Shown here: positions 9,098 to 19,978 of the stretch, one piece after another
How the letters are laid out: every line of letters begins with the position of its first letter
Position numbering within the stretch: the stretch's first letter is position 1
Virus record (IMG/VR): IMGVR_UViG_3300021963_000097
Coordinates: 9,141 to 73,140 of that record
Length of the DNA: 64,000 bases
Direction: 5' to 3' (one strand)
Source of the DNA: a virus
Notes under the pieces: generated by a model
Seen by the model: only the letters and a program-made list of their open reading frames with translations
Told to the model about the DNA's origin: nothing
Database searches by the model: none
Made by a program: the position numbers and the translations under genes

Positions 9098-10243
9098 ATG
9101 GCTAGTTATATATCTAAATACTGCATTGATACCGGAAGCTACGTTGCCCCGGGGACTGACGAGGTAGGCGACACGTTAAGTGGTGGTTATAACTGTACCT
9201 ATGGTACGAGCGGGGTGAGATACTTGAGTGTAAGTTCTACCGCAGCAGAAAGAAGCTTGTTTAACAATTGGTGGAAAGAACAAATTGGTCAATACGGTCA
9301 ACAAGTTGATTACTTTATAAATGGATATAATTTATCTGCTCATGATTATTTTTACGGAGAACAGCCACTAGTAAGATACTCTATAGCATTCCCTATAGTA
9401 ATGGCATTAACATTAAGTAATGATAATGTTGTATTAAGCAAATTCGGTCTACAAGGAGATGCTGACTTAACTGCAATTATTCCAATTGATACTTTTTACT
9501 CGACTGTAACTGCTATGAGTGGGGTATTGTCGGCTTCTAACTACGAGCCTAAGGCAGGGGATTTAATTAAATTAACCGAATACGGCTCGCTTCGCCCGGG
9601 TGGTAGAAATGGTAGAGTATTCGAAATAACCGAGCGTGTAGATGAAATGGGGGGAGAGAATAATCAGCTATTCGGTCATTATGTGTGGATGATAAAAGCG
9701 AAACGCTTTGACTTTAATTATGAACTTGATGCACCTCGCGAGGCTCTTATGGATCAGGTGTATGATAATAAGTCTGATGGAGTATTAAATAATCTACCTA
9801 AGATTATAGAGACAAAAGAATACACACAATTCGTTGATAAAGATTCTACTGAGGTATTTAACTATAAAGAAAATACCCAAGCTAACACTAGTGTATACGG
9901 GGATTATGATGATAATAATACTCTTGTAAATCTTATTGGAGTAAGTAATAGTAGTGGTATTAATACGGGAGCATTAGGAGCTTCAGCTAGTACTTTTGTT
10001 GTTCTTGAAAGTCCAAGCAATTATAACTCCGCAGCTGCAACCTCCGCGGTTACTACAGCAAATAATAACGCTCTATATACTCTTTACACTTTACTTTCTA
10101 CATACAACCCAAGCTTAAGCGCTATGGCTCCAGTAATACCCGCAAATGATTCTGTTGCAGAAAACGCGCGGGTTCCTGCACCATTTAATCTTGCAACTCT
10201 TGCATCTTTACTGTCTGCATTAGGGTATATACCCCCACCTTAA
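9098..10243 (+). CDS. Neck/head-completion protein (T4 gp14-like)
   Basis: YGQQVDY...YFYGE...LSKFGL...PKAGDLI...VFEIT pattern of gp14. Confidence 0.75.
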   Translation: MASYISKYCIDTGSYVAPGTDEVGDTLSGGYNCTYGTSGVRYLSVSSTAAERSLFNNWWKEQIGQYGQQVDYFINGYNLSAHDYFYGEQPLVRYSIAFPIVMALTLSNDNVVLSKFGLQGDADLTAIIPIDTFYSTVTAMSGVLSASNYEPKAGDLIKLTEYGSLRPGGRNGRVFEITERVDEMGGENNQLFGHYVWMIKAKRFDFNYELDAPREALMDQVYDNKSDGVLNNLPKIIETKEYTQFVDKDSTEVFNYKENTQANTSVYGDYDDNNTLVNLIGVSNSSGINTGALGASASTFVVLESPSNYNSAAATSAVTTANNNALYTLYTLLSTYNPSLSAMAPVIPANDSVAENARVPAPFNLATLASLLSALGYIPPP

Positions 10244-10266
10244 CTTTAAATATCTAATACTATTAT

Positions 10267-12336
10267 ATGTCTGTCGATTTTCCTAATTTAATTTTTCCAC
10301 ATGAGCTTACTCAGGTTGTACCTATATCAGCGGATTTAATTTTTCTAGAAAGAAATAATGGTGGCGGGTCATATAGTTCTTATAGTACCACACTTTCAGC
10401 ATTATCAGCTGCAGGCTTTATAGGTCTTGACGGCACATCAGGATATTCAGGTTATAGCGGCATTCCTGGTTCAGCTGTAGCTTCTGGTTATTCTGGTTAT
10501 AGCGGCTCATCTGGTTACAGCGGCACGTCTGGTTATAGTGGGGTCGTCGGCAGCTCAGGCTATAGTGGGGTTTCCGGTTATAGTGGCGTTGACGGCAGTT
10601 CTGGTTTTTCTGGTTATAGTGGGGTCGTCGGCAGCTCAGGCTACTCTGGAGCATCAGGTTATAGTGGCATAGGTACCTCAGGCTACTCTGGAGCATCTGG
10701 TTATAGTGGCGTTATCGGCAGTTCTGGTTATTCTGGTTATAGCGGTACCGGCACTTCAGGCTATAGCGGCGTATCTGGTTATAGTGGAGATGGTACGTCT
10801 GGCTATAGTGGTACGTCTGGTTACAGTGGCGCGGGTGCGTCTGGTTATAGCGGTGTATCAGGCTATAGCGGTGCATCAGGCTATAGCGGTATTTCTGGTT
10901 ATACTGGAGAGTCTGGCTACAGCGGTATATCAGGCTATTCTGGTATTTCTGGTTACTCAGGTTCTGGTGTGTCAGGGTATAGTGGGGCCGGAACTTCTGG
11001 TTACTCTGGTTATAGTGGTGCGTCTGGCTATTACGGTCAAGACGGTGCTTCTGGTTATTCCGGTATATCAGGCTATAGTGGTATAGGTACTTCAGGCTAC
11101 TCTGGTACCTCTGGTTATAGCGGAGCAGGCGATTCAGGGTATTCAGGTTATTCCGGCGGCGGGGCCGTTTATGCTAACGATTTATTAGTATCATTAACGG
11201 GAGGTAGAACTTTTGGAAGGTATATAACTGGATCGATTATACCTGCGACGGGTAAAACAGCAGCTGAAGTTATTCAACTAGCTATAGCAGAGCCTATTGC
11301 ACCTTCAGTATCTTTAAGCACGCCTGCTGCTATTACATTTAATAATACAACAATTAGTAATGCTCTTACTTTCAGTTATATACTTAGTTCTGTTGGCGCG
11401 ACTGTTACTACAGCAATATTAGAGTGGGCGCGAGCAAGTACTCCTCCGTATGGTACTGGTGGGGCGTCTACTTGGGTAACTCTTTTCTCGGCAACGTCTG
11501 CAACAAGCTTTAGTATCACTCATACTTTAACGGACCAAAACTGGGCTACAAATACTTTTTATTATCGCTATACTGTTACAGACTCTGTAGGGGCTTCTGC
11601 GCAGGCTACAAGTCAACGCGCTCCAACCGCATATAGTAACCCTGGTGTGTCGCTTACGGTAGCTGCTATATCTGCCACAGCATCTCCTGAAACCTCTAGT
11701 AGTAGAGAAAAAGGTAATACAGCGACTACAGTTACTGGTACTATTACTCAAAATAATAATAGTACATATGTAGCATTAAGTGCATACAAATTACAATACA
11801 ATGCAGGTCCCTCTTGGGTAGATTTGGGTAACACGGTACTCATAGGCCCAGGAACGACTAGCGTGACATCTACAAGACTTGTTAATGATTCTCTTTCTGC
11901 TGCAACGTCAATTGCGTTCCGCGCCATAGTGTATGACGCGTATTACAATTCTCTTAATAGTAGTTACACTAGTGGTACGGCCGCTACTGTTTCTCTTTAT
12001 AATATGATATGGTACGGCCCCGTCGCAGCTGAACCCACTACATCCGCAGATGTTAGAGCAATGAATACTCGTCAGTTTATACAGGCCCTATCCAACCCAT
12101 TTAACTTAATAACCGGTACAACCTACCAGACGTTTACGGTAGCAATGCCTGCTACCGTTAGTATCACAAATGTGATCGACTTAGATGCATTAAATGCTGA
12201 TATAACTGCAAGCTATATTAATTCAACATTTAATGTAAATGATTATGCGGGTACAGCAGTATCATATAACGTCTATACAATGTCTAACGCATCAGTTTAT
12301 TCATCGTCTCATAGACACCAAGTAACTCGCGCTTAA
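10267..12336 (+). CDS. Fiber protein 1: SGY repeat plus beta-rich C-terminal domains
   Basis: About 250 aa of (SG-Y/V/I/T)n followed by Thr-rich Ig/FN3-like segments. Confidence 0.7.
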   Translation: MSVDFPNLIFPHELTQVVPISADLIFLERNNGGGSYSSYSTTLSALSAAGFIGLDGTSGYSGYSGIPGSAVASGYSGYSGSSGYSGTSGYSGVVGSSGYSGVSGYSGVDGSSGFSGYSGVVGSSGYSGASGYSGIGTSGYSGASGYSGVIGSSGYSGYSGTGTSGYSGVSGYSGDGTSGYSGTSGYSGAGASGYSGVSGYSGASGYSGISGYTGESGYSGISGYSGISGYSGSGVSGYSGAGTSGYSGYSGASGYYGQDGASGYSGISGYSGIGTSGYSGTSGYSGAGDSGYSGYSGGGAVYANDLLVSLTGGRTFGRYITGSIIPATGKTAAEVIQLAIAEPIAPSVSLSTPAAITFNNTTISNALTFSYILSSVGATVTTAILEWARASTPPYGTGGASTWVTLFSATSATSFSITHTLTDQNWATNTFYYRYTVTDSVGASAQATSQRAPTAYSNPGVSLTVAAISATASPETSSSREKGNTATTVTGTITQNNNSTYVALSAYKLQYNAGPSWVDLGNTVLIGPGTTSVTSTRLVNDSLSAATSIAFRAIVYDAYYNSLNSSYTSGTAATVSLYNMIWYGPVAAEPTTSADVRAMNTRQFIQALSNPFNLITGTTYQTFTVAMPATVSITNVIDLDALNADITASYINSTFNVNDYAGTAVSYNVYTMSNASVYSSSHRHQVTRA

Positions 12337-12348
12337 TAAATATTTAAA

Positions 12349-15300
12349 ATGTCTTTAACCCCAGGTCTACAACTTCCATATGGTATACAGCCGGTTAACC
12401 CGGTACCAGTTGATGCATGGTCCGGGCCATATACTGGTGCTACAGAAGTAGCGGCTCTTTCAGCTGCAAATGCAGCGATCACTGCTGGTATACGATTCCA
12501 GTCCATGCAGGTACGGCTTATTATAGCTAGTGTCCCGTACATATATTGGTATTATACCGGGGTAGCAGATGCTGATCTAGTGATATTTGCAGGCGGAGCA
12601 GGTTCTTCTGGTTACTCTGGATACTCAGGTATTAGTGGTGCTACAGGTGGAGCAGCGTCATCTGGCTACTCAGGCTACTCCGGTATATCTGGTTTCAGTG
12701 GCGATTCAGGCTACTCTGGTATTTCTGGCTTTAGCGGTATTTCTGGTACATCTGGTTATTCTGGTCAAGACGGATCATCTGGATATTCAGGCATAAGCGG
12801 TTACTCTGGTATTTCTGGAGCGTCTGGTTATTATGGACAAGACGGAGCATCTGGCTACTCTGGTATATCAGGTTACTCTGGTATATCTGGTTTCAGTGGT
12901 ATATCTGGCTATTCTGGTATAAGCGGTTGGTCTGGCTATTCTGGTATTTCTGGCTATAGTGGTATATCTGGCGAATCTGGATGGTCTGGCTATTCCGGAA
13001 TCTCAGGCTACTCTGGTATTAGTGGCTATTCGGGTATTTCCGGCTACTCTGGTATTAGTGGCGAAGCGGGCGCGGTCGCTGCATCAGGCTATTCTGGTAT
13101 ATCTGGTTACTCTGGTATATCTGGTTTCAGTGGTATATCTGGCTATAGTGGCTTTTCAGGTATATCTGGTTACTCAGGCGTCTCAGGTTTTTCAGGTTCA
13201 GGCTTTAGTGGGTATAGTGGCTTTAGTGGTCTTAACACCCCTTTACTTCAGACGGTAACTTATAATAATAATTTTACTGCCGGTCAAGTAATTTATAAAA
13301 CATCAGGGGGGTATGCGTTAGCGCGTGCTGACGCAGTTGAAACATCTGAAGCAATTGGTATAGTTCAAGCTGCTGACCCAACCCAATTTACATATGTAAT
13401 AAACGGAGCGATTTTTTACTTAACGGGGATTACAGACGCTGCATATTATTATTTATCTGATATTTCTGCGGGGGCACTCACCACCACCGCCCCTGAAAAT
13501 GTGGGTTGTGTAATTAAGCCCATGCTTATCGGCACTAGTAGTAGTACTGGTATTGTAGTTGAGTATCCTGGAGTAGTAATTGGGAGTACTAATAATGGTG
13601 CAAGCGGTTATTTAGCGTTATGGACTGGTAACCATTCTTTAGGTAATAGTATTATACAAGAGTTGAATGGTACTATAACTATTAATGGTATTGTAAATGT
13701 AACTGGCTCATATCAATTAAGTGGTGGTCCAATCGCTGCATCAGGTTACTCAGGCTATTCAGGTCATTATGGACAAGATGGTTCTTCTGGTTATAGCGGT
13801 AAGTCTGGCTATAGTGGTGTAATAGGCAATTCCGGACTTAGTGGTTATAGCGGTATATCAGGCTTTAGTGGGTCGGCATTTGTAGGCTCGTCTGGGTATT
13901 CTGGAGTATCAGGTTATTCTGGCTTTAGTGGCTACTCTGGTGTCTCGGGATGGTCCGGAATATCTGGTTTAGGAGTAACAGCAAGTTTTGCTCGAGGCTC
14001 TCGTAGTACCGCTCAAACAACTGGCTTAAGTGCAAACGGAGTAATATATTTTAATCAAACCGATATTAGCTACGGGTCTGATATTAGTTTAAATAATGCC
14101 AATGGGGTTATAACTTTAGCGGCAGATAAAACTTATAGACTGATAGCGTCTGTGCCGACCTGGGCAGGAAGTTCAGCGCGCCCGGCTTTTGGCTGGTATA
14201 ATAATACTACAAGCGCTTATATCGGTAGTATACAACCTAGCTACAACGTAGCAGATACAGCGGGTAATTCTGCTAACCCAAGTATAGCTGAATATATTTT
14301 TACCCCCGGGGTCAGTACTGATGTTACTTTTCGGGTTGCAGGTCTTATTGTCGGTACTCTATCTCAACTAGGGGCCAATACAGACTTTACAACCACTGGC
14401 TCTTATCCCTGGTTTGAAATTGAAGTAATTGCTGGTCAAGCACCCTCAATGTCAGGATATTCCGGTATTAGTGGTTACAGCGGAACAGGGGTGTCAGGCT
14501 GGTCAGGCTGGTCTGGCTATTCAGGTACCGGCCCTTCCGGTTACTCTGGTATTAGCGGTTATAGCGGAGTATCGGGTTATTCTGGTATCAGTGGTATTTC
14601 TGGTATATCAGGGTATTCTGGTGCGATAGGCACTGGCGGTGCGTTAGGATATTGGGGGTCATTCTGGGATACAACCACTCAAACTGCTTCGGCAATTAGT
14701 ACCCCGCAACCTATAACATTAAATAGTTATGATGTAGCTAATAACGGGATCACAGTTGCTTCGAGTAGTCAAATAACCTTTGCATATTCCGGGGTTTATA
14801 GTATTACATTTTCTATTCAATTAACCAATCGTGGCACTGCAAATGGGTCTACTCAATTTTTCCTTAAAAAGAATGGTACTATCTTAGCAGATACTAACTC
14901 TCACTACGACGTTCCAGATAAACAAGGAAGTGCGTTTTCATCAGAAATATTGACGGTAAATTTTGTCTTGTCGTTATCAGCTGGGGATTATTTGCAGCTT
15001 TTTTGGCAAACAGTTAATACTGATGTTTTAATTGAAACAATTCCTTCTAACTCGACTTACCCAAGATCTCCTTCAGTTATCTTAACAGCTACTCAAGTAA
15101 TGTACACCCAGTCCGGTTATTCTGGTACAAGTGGTTATTCTGGCTATTCTGGTTATAGTGGTATTTCTGGCTACTCTGGTATTAGCGGTTATTCCGGTAT
15201 ATCAGGCTATTCTGGCTATAGTGGGACAGGCACGTCTGGCTATTCTGGCTATAGCGGCGCAGGCACGTCTGGCTATTCTGGCTATAGCGGTTGGTCTGGT

Positions 15301-15714
15301 TATAGTGGTAGTGGGGTAAGCGGTTATTCTGGATATTCTGGGACAGGTTATACTGGTACTACAGGGTCTTGGACATTATCAGCTGGCGATAATACGGTAA
15401 GCTTTACTGTACCAATAGGTAACACTTACACAATGTGGGTTAATGGTAACATTCCGAACGGTATTTGCGTATGGAACGCAACTGCGACTGTCACAAATAC
15501 TAACGTTCCGGTAATCGGGGTACAGTATGCCTGGTATTACTTAGCTGGGAATGCCTTAACACTTACATCTATACCTGCTCAAATCCTAGGAACAGCCGGT
15601 GCTATTAGTACTGCTTCCCCCGCAGTTGGTACAACTACTAATGTGTTTATATTCGGTATCACTAATAATAGTGGTTCCTCTCAAGTAGTTAACTGGGGTT
15701 ATATTGAAATTTAA
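12349..15714 (+). CDS. Fiber protein 2: SG-aromatic repeats interleaved with globular (C1q/BclA-C-like) domains
   Basis: Several repeat blocks; GSFWDTTTQ...SGVYSITFSIQL...FLKKNG...LSLSAGDYLQL is C1q/BclA-C-like. Confidence 0.7.
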   Translation: MSLTPGLQLPYGIQPVNPVPVDAWSGPYTGATEVAALSAANAAITAGIRFQSMQVRLIIASVPYIYWYYTGVADADLVIFAGGAGSSGYSGYSGISGATGGAASSGYSGYSGISGFSGDSGYSGISGFSGISGTSGYSGQDGSSGYSGISGYSGISGASGYYGQDGASGYSGISGYSGISGFSGISGYSGISGWSGYSGISGYSGISGESGWSGYSGISGYSGISGYSGISGYSGISGEAGAVAASGYSGISGYSGISGFSGISGYSGFSGISGYSGVSGFSGSGFSGYSGFSGLNTPLLQTVTYNNNFTAGQVIYKTSGGYALARADAVETSEAIGIVQAADPTQFTYVINGAIFYLTGITDAAYYYLSDISAGALTTTAPENVGCVIKPMLIGTSSSTGIVVEYPGVVIGSTNNGASGYLALWTGNHSLGNSIIQELNGTITINGIVNVTGSYQLSGGPIAASGYSGYSGHYGQDGSSGYSGKSGYSGVIGNSGLSGYSGISGFSGSAFVGSSGYSGVSGYSGFSGYSGVSGWSGISGLGVTASFARGSRSTAQTTGLSANGVIYFNQTDISYGSDISLNNANGVITLAADKTYRLIASVPTWAGSSARPAFGWYNNTTSAYIGSIQPSYNVADTAGNSANPSIAEYIFTPGVSTDVTFRVAGLIVGTLSQLGANTDFTTTGSYPWFEIEVIAGQAPSMSGYSGISGYSGTGVSGWSGWSGYSGTGPSGYSGISGYSGVSGYSGISGISGISGYSGAIGTGGALGYWGSFWDTTTQTASAISTPQPITLNSYDVANNGITVASSSQITFAYSGVYSITFSIQLTNRGTANGSTQFFLKKNGTILADTNSHYDVPDKQGSAFSSEILTVNFVLSLSAGDYLQLFWQTVNTDVLIETIPSNSTYPRSPSVILTATQVMYTQSGYSGTSGYSGYSGYSGISGYSGISGYSGISGYSGYSGTGTSGYSGYSGAGTSGYSGYSGWSGYSGSGVSGYSGYSGTGYTGTTGSWTLSAGDNTVSFTVPIGNTYTMWVNGNIPNGICVWNATATVTNTNVPVIGVQYAWYYLAGNALTLTSIPAQILGTAGAISTASPAVGTTTNVFIFGITNNSGSSQVVNWGYIEI

Positions 15715-15810
15715 TAAAGAGAATTAAAAAATACAAATATATAATTTTATTTATTGGTATTTTTACCAATACCCTCGCGAGACTGTATAAGTATGTTATA
15801 ATACAAATTT

Positions 15811-18800
15811 ATGGCATTCTTTAACGTATACAATCCTGTCGGCGTCTCAGGCTATTCTGGTTACTCAGGCACCTCCGGGTTTTCCGGTATAGGTACTAGT
15901 GGCTATTCTGGTATTTCCGGCTACTCCGGCATATCAGGTGAATCTGGTTATTCAGGTATCAGCGGGTTCTCCGGCATATCTGGCTTCTCCGGCATATCGG
16001 GCACCTCAGGTTGGTCTGGTTATTCTGGCTACTCAGGCATCTCGGGATTTAGCGGCATAAGTGGCTGGTCTGGTTATTCAGGTATTTCTGGAGAGTCAGG
16101 CTTTAGTGGTATCTCCGGCTTCAGTGGTATTTCAGGTTATTCTGGTTATAGTGGTATATCAGGCTTCAGCGGCATTTCCGGCTGGTCTGGTTATTCTGGC
16201 TATTCAGGCATTTCAGGTTATAGTGGCATAAGTGGCTGGTCTGGTTATTCTGGTATATCTGGGGAATCAGGCTTCAGTGGTATATCCGGCTGGTCCGGTT
16301 ATTCTGGCATCTCAGGTTGGTCTGGTTATTCAGGCTACTCGGGTATATCCGGCTTTAGTGGTATTTCTGGCTATTCAGGCATCTCAGGCTTTAGCGGCAT
16401 ATCCGGCTGGTCTGGTTATTCTGGTATATCTGGCGAATCTGGCTTTAGCGGTATAAGCGGTTTTAGCGGCATAAGCGGTTGGTCAGGCTATAGTGGTATA
16501 TCTGGCTTTAGCGGTATATCAGGCTATTCTGGTATCTCTGGTGAATCTGGCTTTAGCGGTATATCTGGCTATTCAGGCATTTCTGGTTGGTCAGCATATT
16601 CAGGTTACTCTGGTATATCAGGCTATTCAGGCTATTCAGGCATTTCAGGCTTTAGCGGCATATCTGGCTTCAGCGGCATATCTGGCTTTAGTGGTATAAG
16701 CGGTTGGTCCGGGTATTCAGGCATATCTGGCGAATCTGGATTTAGCGGCATATCAGGCTTTAGCGGAATTAGCGGATGGTCTGGTTATTCAGGCTATTCT
16801 GGTATATCGGGTTACTCTGGTATATCTGGTTTTAGTGGTATATCTGGCGAATCTGGCTTCAGTGGTATCTCTGGCTTTAGTGGTATAAGCGGTTGGTCCG
16901 GGTATTCAGGCATTTCTGGCTTTAGCGGCATAAGCGGCTGGTCCGGTTATTCTGGTATAAGTGGCTATAGTGGTATATCTGGTTACTCAGGCATTTCTGG
17001 CTTTAGCGGTATATCTGGTTACTCAGGCATTTCTGGCTTTAGCGGTTCTGGCGTCTCAGGGTGGTCTGGTTATTCCGGCGCACCTGCAGTAGGGGTAACC
17101 TACTATTATTCTAATAGCGCTTCTGATATCGGTGGGTATGAATTAATGGATGTTGCTCCTGATAATGATCCAGAAGCATATTATACAGTAACTGTAAATC
17201 AAGCCGGTGGTAGAGTAATGTTTGTTGAACAAATTACTGAAATAGGCGAACCAGGAGCTACTGTAATACCAGTCGGTACTTGGCAGTGGAATACCTATTT
17301 CACTAACACCGACACTACTAATGGCACATCATTAGTGTTTGGTATTTTCACTCGCGCATCTAACGGTACTGAAACTTTACTCTTTTCAGCAACAAGCGCG
17401 CCATTAACTCAAACAGCAAGCCCAATACTCCAGACTACCCAGTTTACAATCGCTACCCCGATCAATACTGAAGTAACTGATCGTTTAGTTGCAAGAGTTT
17501 ATGCTCAAACCACTAACGCATCAAATGTAACTGCTGAATTATATTATGAGGGCTCGGCGCATTATTCTAACATCTCAACCGGTATATATCGTGGCGCTGT
17601 TGGTACGTCTGGTACTTCAGGTTATTCAGGTAAATCTGGTTATTCAGGCATATCTGGTTATTCAGGCATATCTGGTTATTCAGGCTTTAGCGGTATTTCA
17701 GGCTTTAGCGGTATATCAGGCTTCAGTGGTATCTCAGGTTGGTCTGGCTATTCAGGTATAAGCGGCTTCTCCGGCATCTCAGGGTGGTCTGGTTATAGCG
17801 GTTACTCTGGTATAAGCGGCTTTAGTGGTATATCTGGCTACTCAGGCATTTCAGGCTTTAGTGGTATATCTGGCGAGTCTGGCTTTAGCGGTATTAGCGG
17901 CTGGTCGGGCTATTCAGGCTACTCTGGTATTTCAGGTTACTCAGGCATTTCAGGCTTCAGCGGTATCTCTGGTTGGTCTGGTTATTCAGGCTACTCTGGT
18001 ATATCGGGTTACTCAGGCATATCTGGCGAGTCTGGCTTTTCTGGTATAAGCGGCTTTAGCGGTATATCTGGCTTTAGCGGTATCTCAGGCTGGTCTGGTT
18101 ATTCCGGTATATCTGGCTGGTCTGGTTATTCTGGTATAAGCGGCTTTAGCGGCATCAGCGGTTGGTCTGGTTATTCAGGTTACTCAGGCATTTCTGGTTA
18201 CTCAGGCATTTCTGGTTACTCTGGTATTTCTGGCGAATCTGGCTTTAGCGGCATATCCGGCTTCAGCGGCATCTCAGGATGGTCTGGCTATTCCGGCATA
18301 TCGGGCTTCAGTGGTATATCAGGCTATAGTGGCATTTCAGGCTACTCTGGTATCTCTGGCGAATCTGGCTTTAGCGGTATATCTGGTTACTCGGGTATTA
18401 GCGGATGGTCTGGTTATTCAGGCATCTCAGGCTTTAGCGGTATTAGCGGTTGGTCTGGTTATAGCGGGTATTCCGGTATATCAGGCTTCAGTGGTATCTC
18501 AGGTTGGTCTGGCTACTCTGGTATCTCAGGCTGGTCTGGCGAGTCAGGCTATAGTGGTATTTCAGGCTACTCAGGCATTTCTGGTTACTCTGGTATAAGC
18601 GGCTTCAGCGGTATCTCAGGCTGGTCTGGTTATTCAGGCTACTCAGGTATATCTGGCTTTAGCGGCGACTCAGGTTTATCAGGCTGGAGCGGTACTTCAG
18701 GCTACTCAGGTATATCTGGTACCTCAGGCTGGTCTGGTTTTTCAGGCTCTGGCGTATCCGGCTACTCTGGCTTTAGTGGCGACCCTGCCACAACCCAAGG

Positions 18801-19923
18801 CACAATAACTTATGCTAATAGCTTTACAGCAGGTCAAGTAGTTTATAAAACAGCAGGAGGCTATGCCCTTGCTAAAGCTGACTCAGCGGCAACAGTAAAC
18901 GCTATCGGCGTTATACAATCTTCGACAGGAAGTACATTTACAATTGTTTATAACGGTTATATTTCAGGTCTATCCAGTTTAACTGATGCTTACGGTTACT
19001 ATCTATCTGACTCAGTTGCGGGCGCTTTAACAGTTACAGCGCCGACCGCTAGCGGGTCATTTATTAAGCCGATATTAATAGCAACCAGTTCAACTACTGG
19101 TGTTGTTGTCGAATATCCTCCAGTACAAATTGGTTCTACTAATAATGGTACAAGCGGTTATCTTGCATTATGGACCAGTAATAATACTTTAGGTAACAGT
19201 GTAATATCAGAAAGTGGTGGTGACGTTACAGTCACAGGTAATATTAATATTACCGGCACACTTTCATTAAGTGGTTCGCCATTAGTCGGCGCTTCAGGAT
19301 ACTCAGGGTATTCTGGATTAACCGGTGGTGCTTCTGCTTCAGGTTACTCTGGTATATCTGGTTATAGTGGCTCCGGAGTGTCAGGCTATTCTGGTACAGG
19401 TATTTCTGGTTACTCTGGTATGTCTGGCCAAGGTGTCGTAGCAAGTATTACATATAACAATAGCTTTGCTGCTGGAGATATAGTTTATAGAACAGTCGGT
19501 GGTTATGCTAAATCCCAAGCCAATTCTGCAGCAAATGCTGAAGTTCACGGCGTGGTACAATCTGCCACTGGATCAGACTTCGTAGTAGTATATAGCGGAC
19601 CTATTACCGGACTAACTGGATTAAATGATAGTGCCGTATACTTCCTCTCTGATACAGTTGCGGGTTCAGCAGTACAAACTGCTCCAACCGCTCTTGGTAC
19701 TATTAATAAACCAGTATACGTTGCTACAAGCGCGACGACCGCGATTGTAATAAACATGCGCGGTATCGAAACCGGTAATCAAATTAGCACCTTCTTAACT
19801 GCAGTGCCCGCACTTACTTCTTCAGCGGGTGGTTCAGGTTTTTGGGCAGTAAATGATACTCACTTCTATGTATATAGTACTGTTAGTAATGTATGGCGTA
19901 GAGTTGCTATATCAACGTTTTAA
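15811..19923 (+). CDS. Fiber protein 3: very long (SG-Y/F/W/I)n repeats with globular inserts
   Basis: Two repeat tracts of about 400 aa; two copies of a TY.NSF.AG..VY.T.GGYA domain; C-terminal HFYVY...WRRVAISTF. Confidence 0.7.
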   Translation: MAFFNVYNPVGVSGYSGYSGTSGFSGIGTSGYSGISGYSGISGESGYSGISGFSGISGFSGISGTSGWSGYSGYSGISGFSGISGWSGYSGISGESGFSGISGFSGISGYSGYSGISGFSGISGWSGYSGYSGISGYSGISGWSGYSGISGESGFSGISGWSGYSGISGWSGYSGYSGISGFSGISGYSGISGFSGISGWSGYSGISGESGFSGISGFSGISGWSGYSGISGFSGISGYSGISGESGFSGISGYSGISGWSAYSGYSGISGYSGYSGISGFSGISGFSGISGFSGISGWSGYSGISGESGFSGISGFSGISGWSGYSGYSGISGYSGISGFSGISGESGFSGISGFSGISGWSGYSGISGFSGISGWSGYSGISGYSGISGYSGISGFSGISGYSGISGFSGSGVSGWSGYSGAPAVGVTYYYSNSASDIGGYELMDVAPDNDPEAYYTVTVNQAGGRVMFVEQITEIGEPGATVIPVGTWQWNTYFTNTDTTNGTSLVFGIFTRASNGTETLLFSATSAPLTQTASPILQTTQFTIATPINTEVTDRLVARVYAQTTNASNVTAELYYEGSAHYSNISTGIYRGAVGTSGTSGYSGKSGYSGISGYSGISGYSGFSGISGFSGISGFSGISGWSGYSGISGFSGISGWSGYSGYSGISGFSGISGYSGISGFSGISGESGFSGISGWSGYSGYSGISGYSGISGFSGISGWSGYSGYSGISGYSGISGESGFSGISGFSGISGFSGISGWSGYSGISGWSGYSGISGFSGISGWSGYSGYSGISGYSGISGYSGISGESGFSGISGFSGISGWSGYSGISGFSGISGYSGISGYSGISGESGFSGISGYSGISGWSGYSGISGFSGISGWSGYSGYSGISGFSGISGWSGYSGISGWSGESGYSGISGYSGISGYSGISGFSGISGWSGYSGYSGISGFSGDSGLSGWSGTSGYSGISGTSGWSGFSGSGVSGYSGFSGDPATTQGTITYANSFTAGQVVYKTAGGYALAKADSAATVNAIGVIQSSTGSTFTIVYNGYISGLSSLTDAYGYYLSDSVAGALTVTAPTASGSFIKPILIATSSTTGVVVEYPPVQIGSTNNGTSGYLALWTSNNTLGNSVISESGGDVTVTGNINITGTLSLSGSPLVGASGYSGYSGLTGGASASGYSGISGYSGSGVSGYSGTGISGYSGMSGQGVVASITYNNSFAAGDIVYRTVGGYAKSQANSAANAEVHGVVQSATGSDFVVVYSGPITGLTGLNDSAVYFLSDTVAGSAVQTAPTALGTINKPVYVATSATTAIVINMRGIETGNQISTFLTAVPALTSSAGGSGFWAVNDTHFYVYSTVSNVWRRVAISTF

Positions 19924-19978
19924 TTAATACTATTGGTGGTAACTTCTATATAAGATAGTAAATATATTTTACTATCTT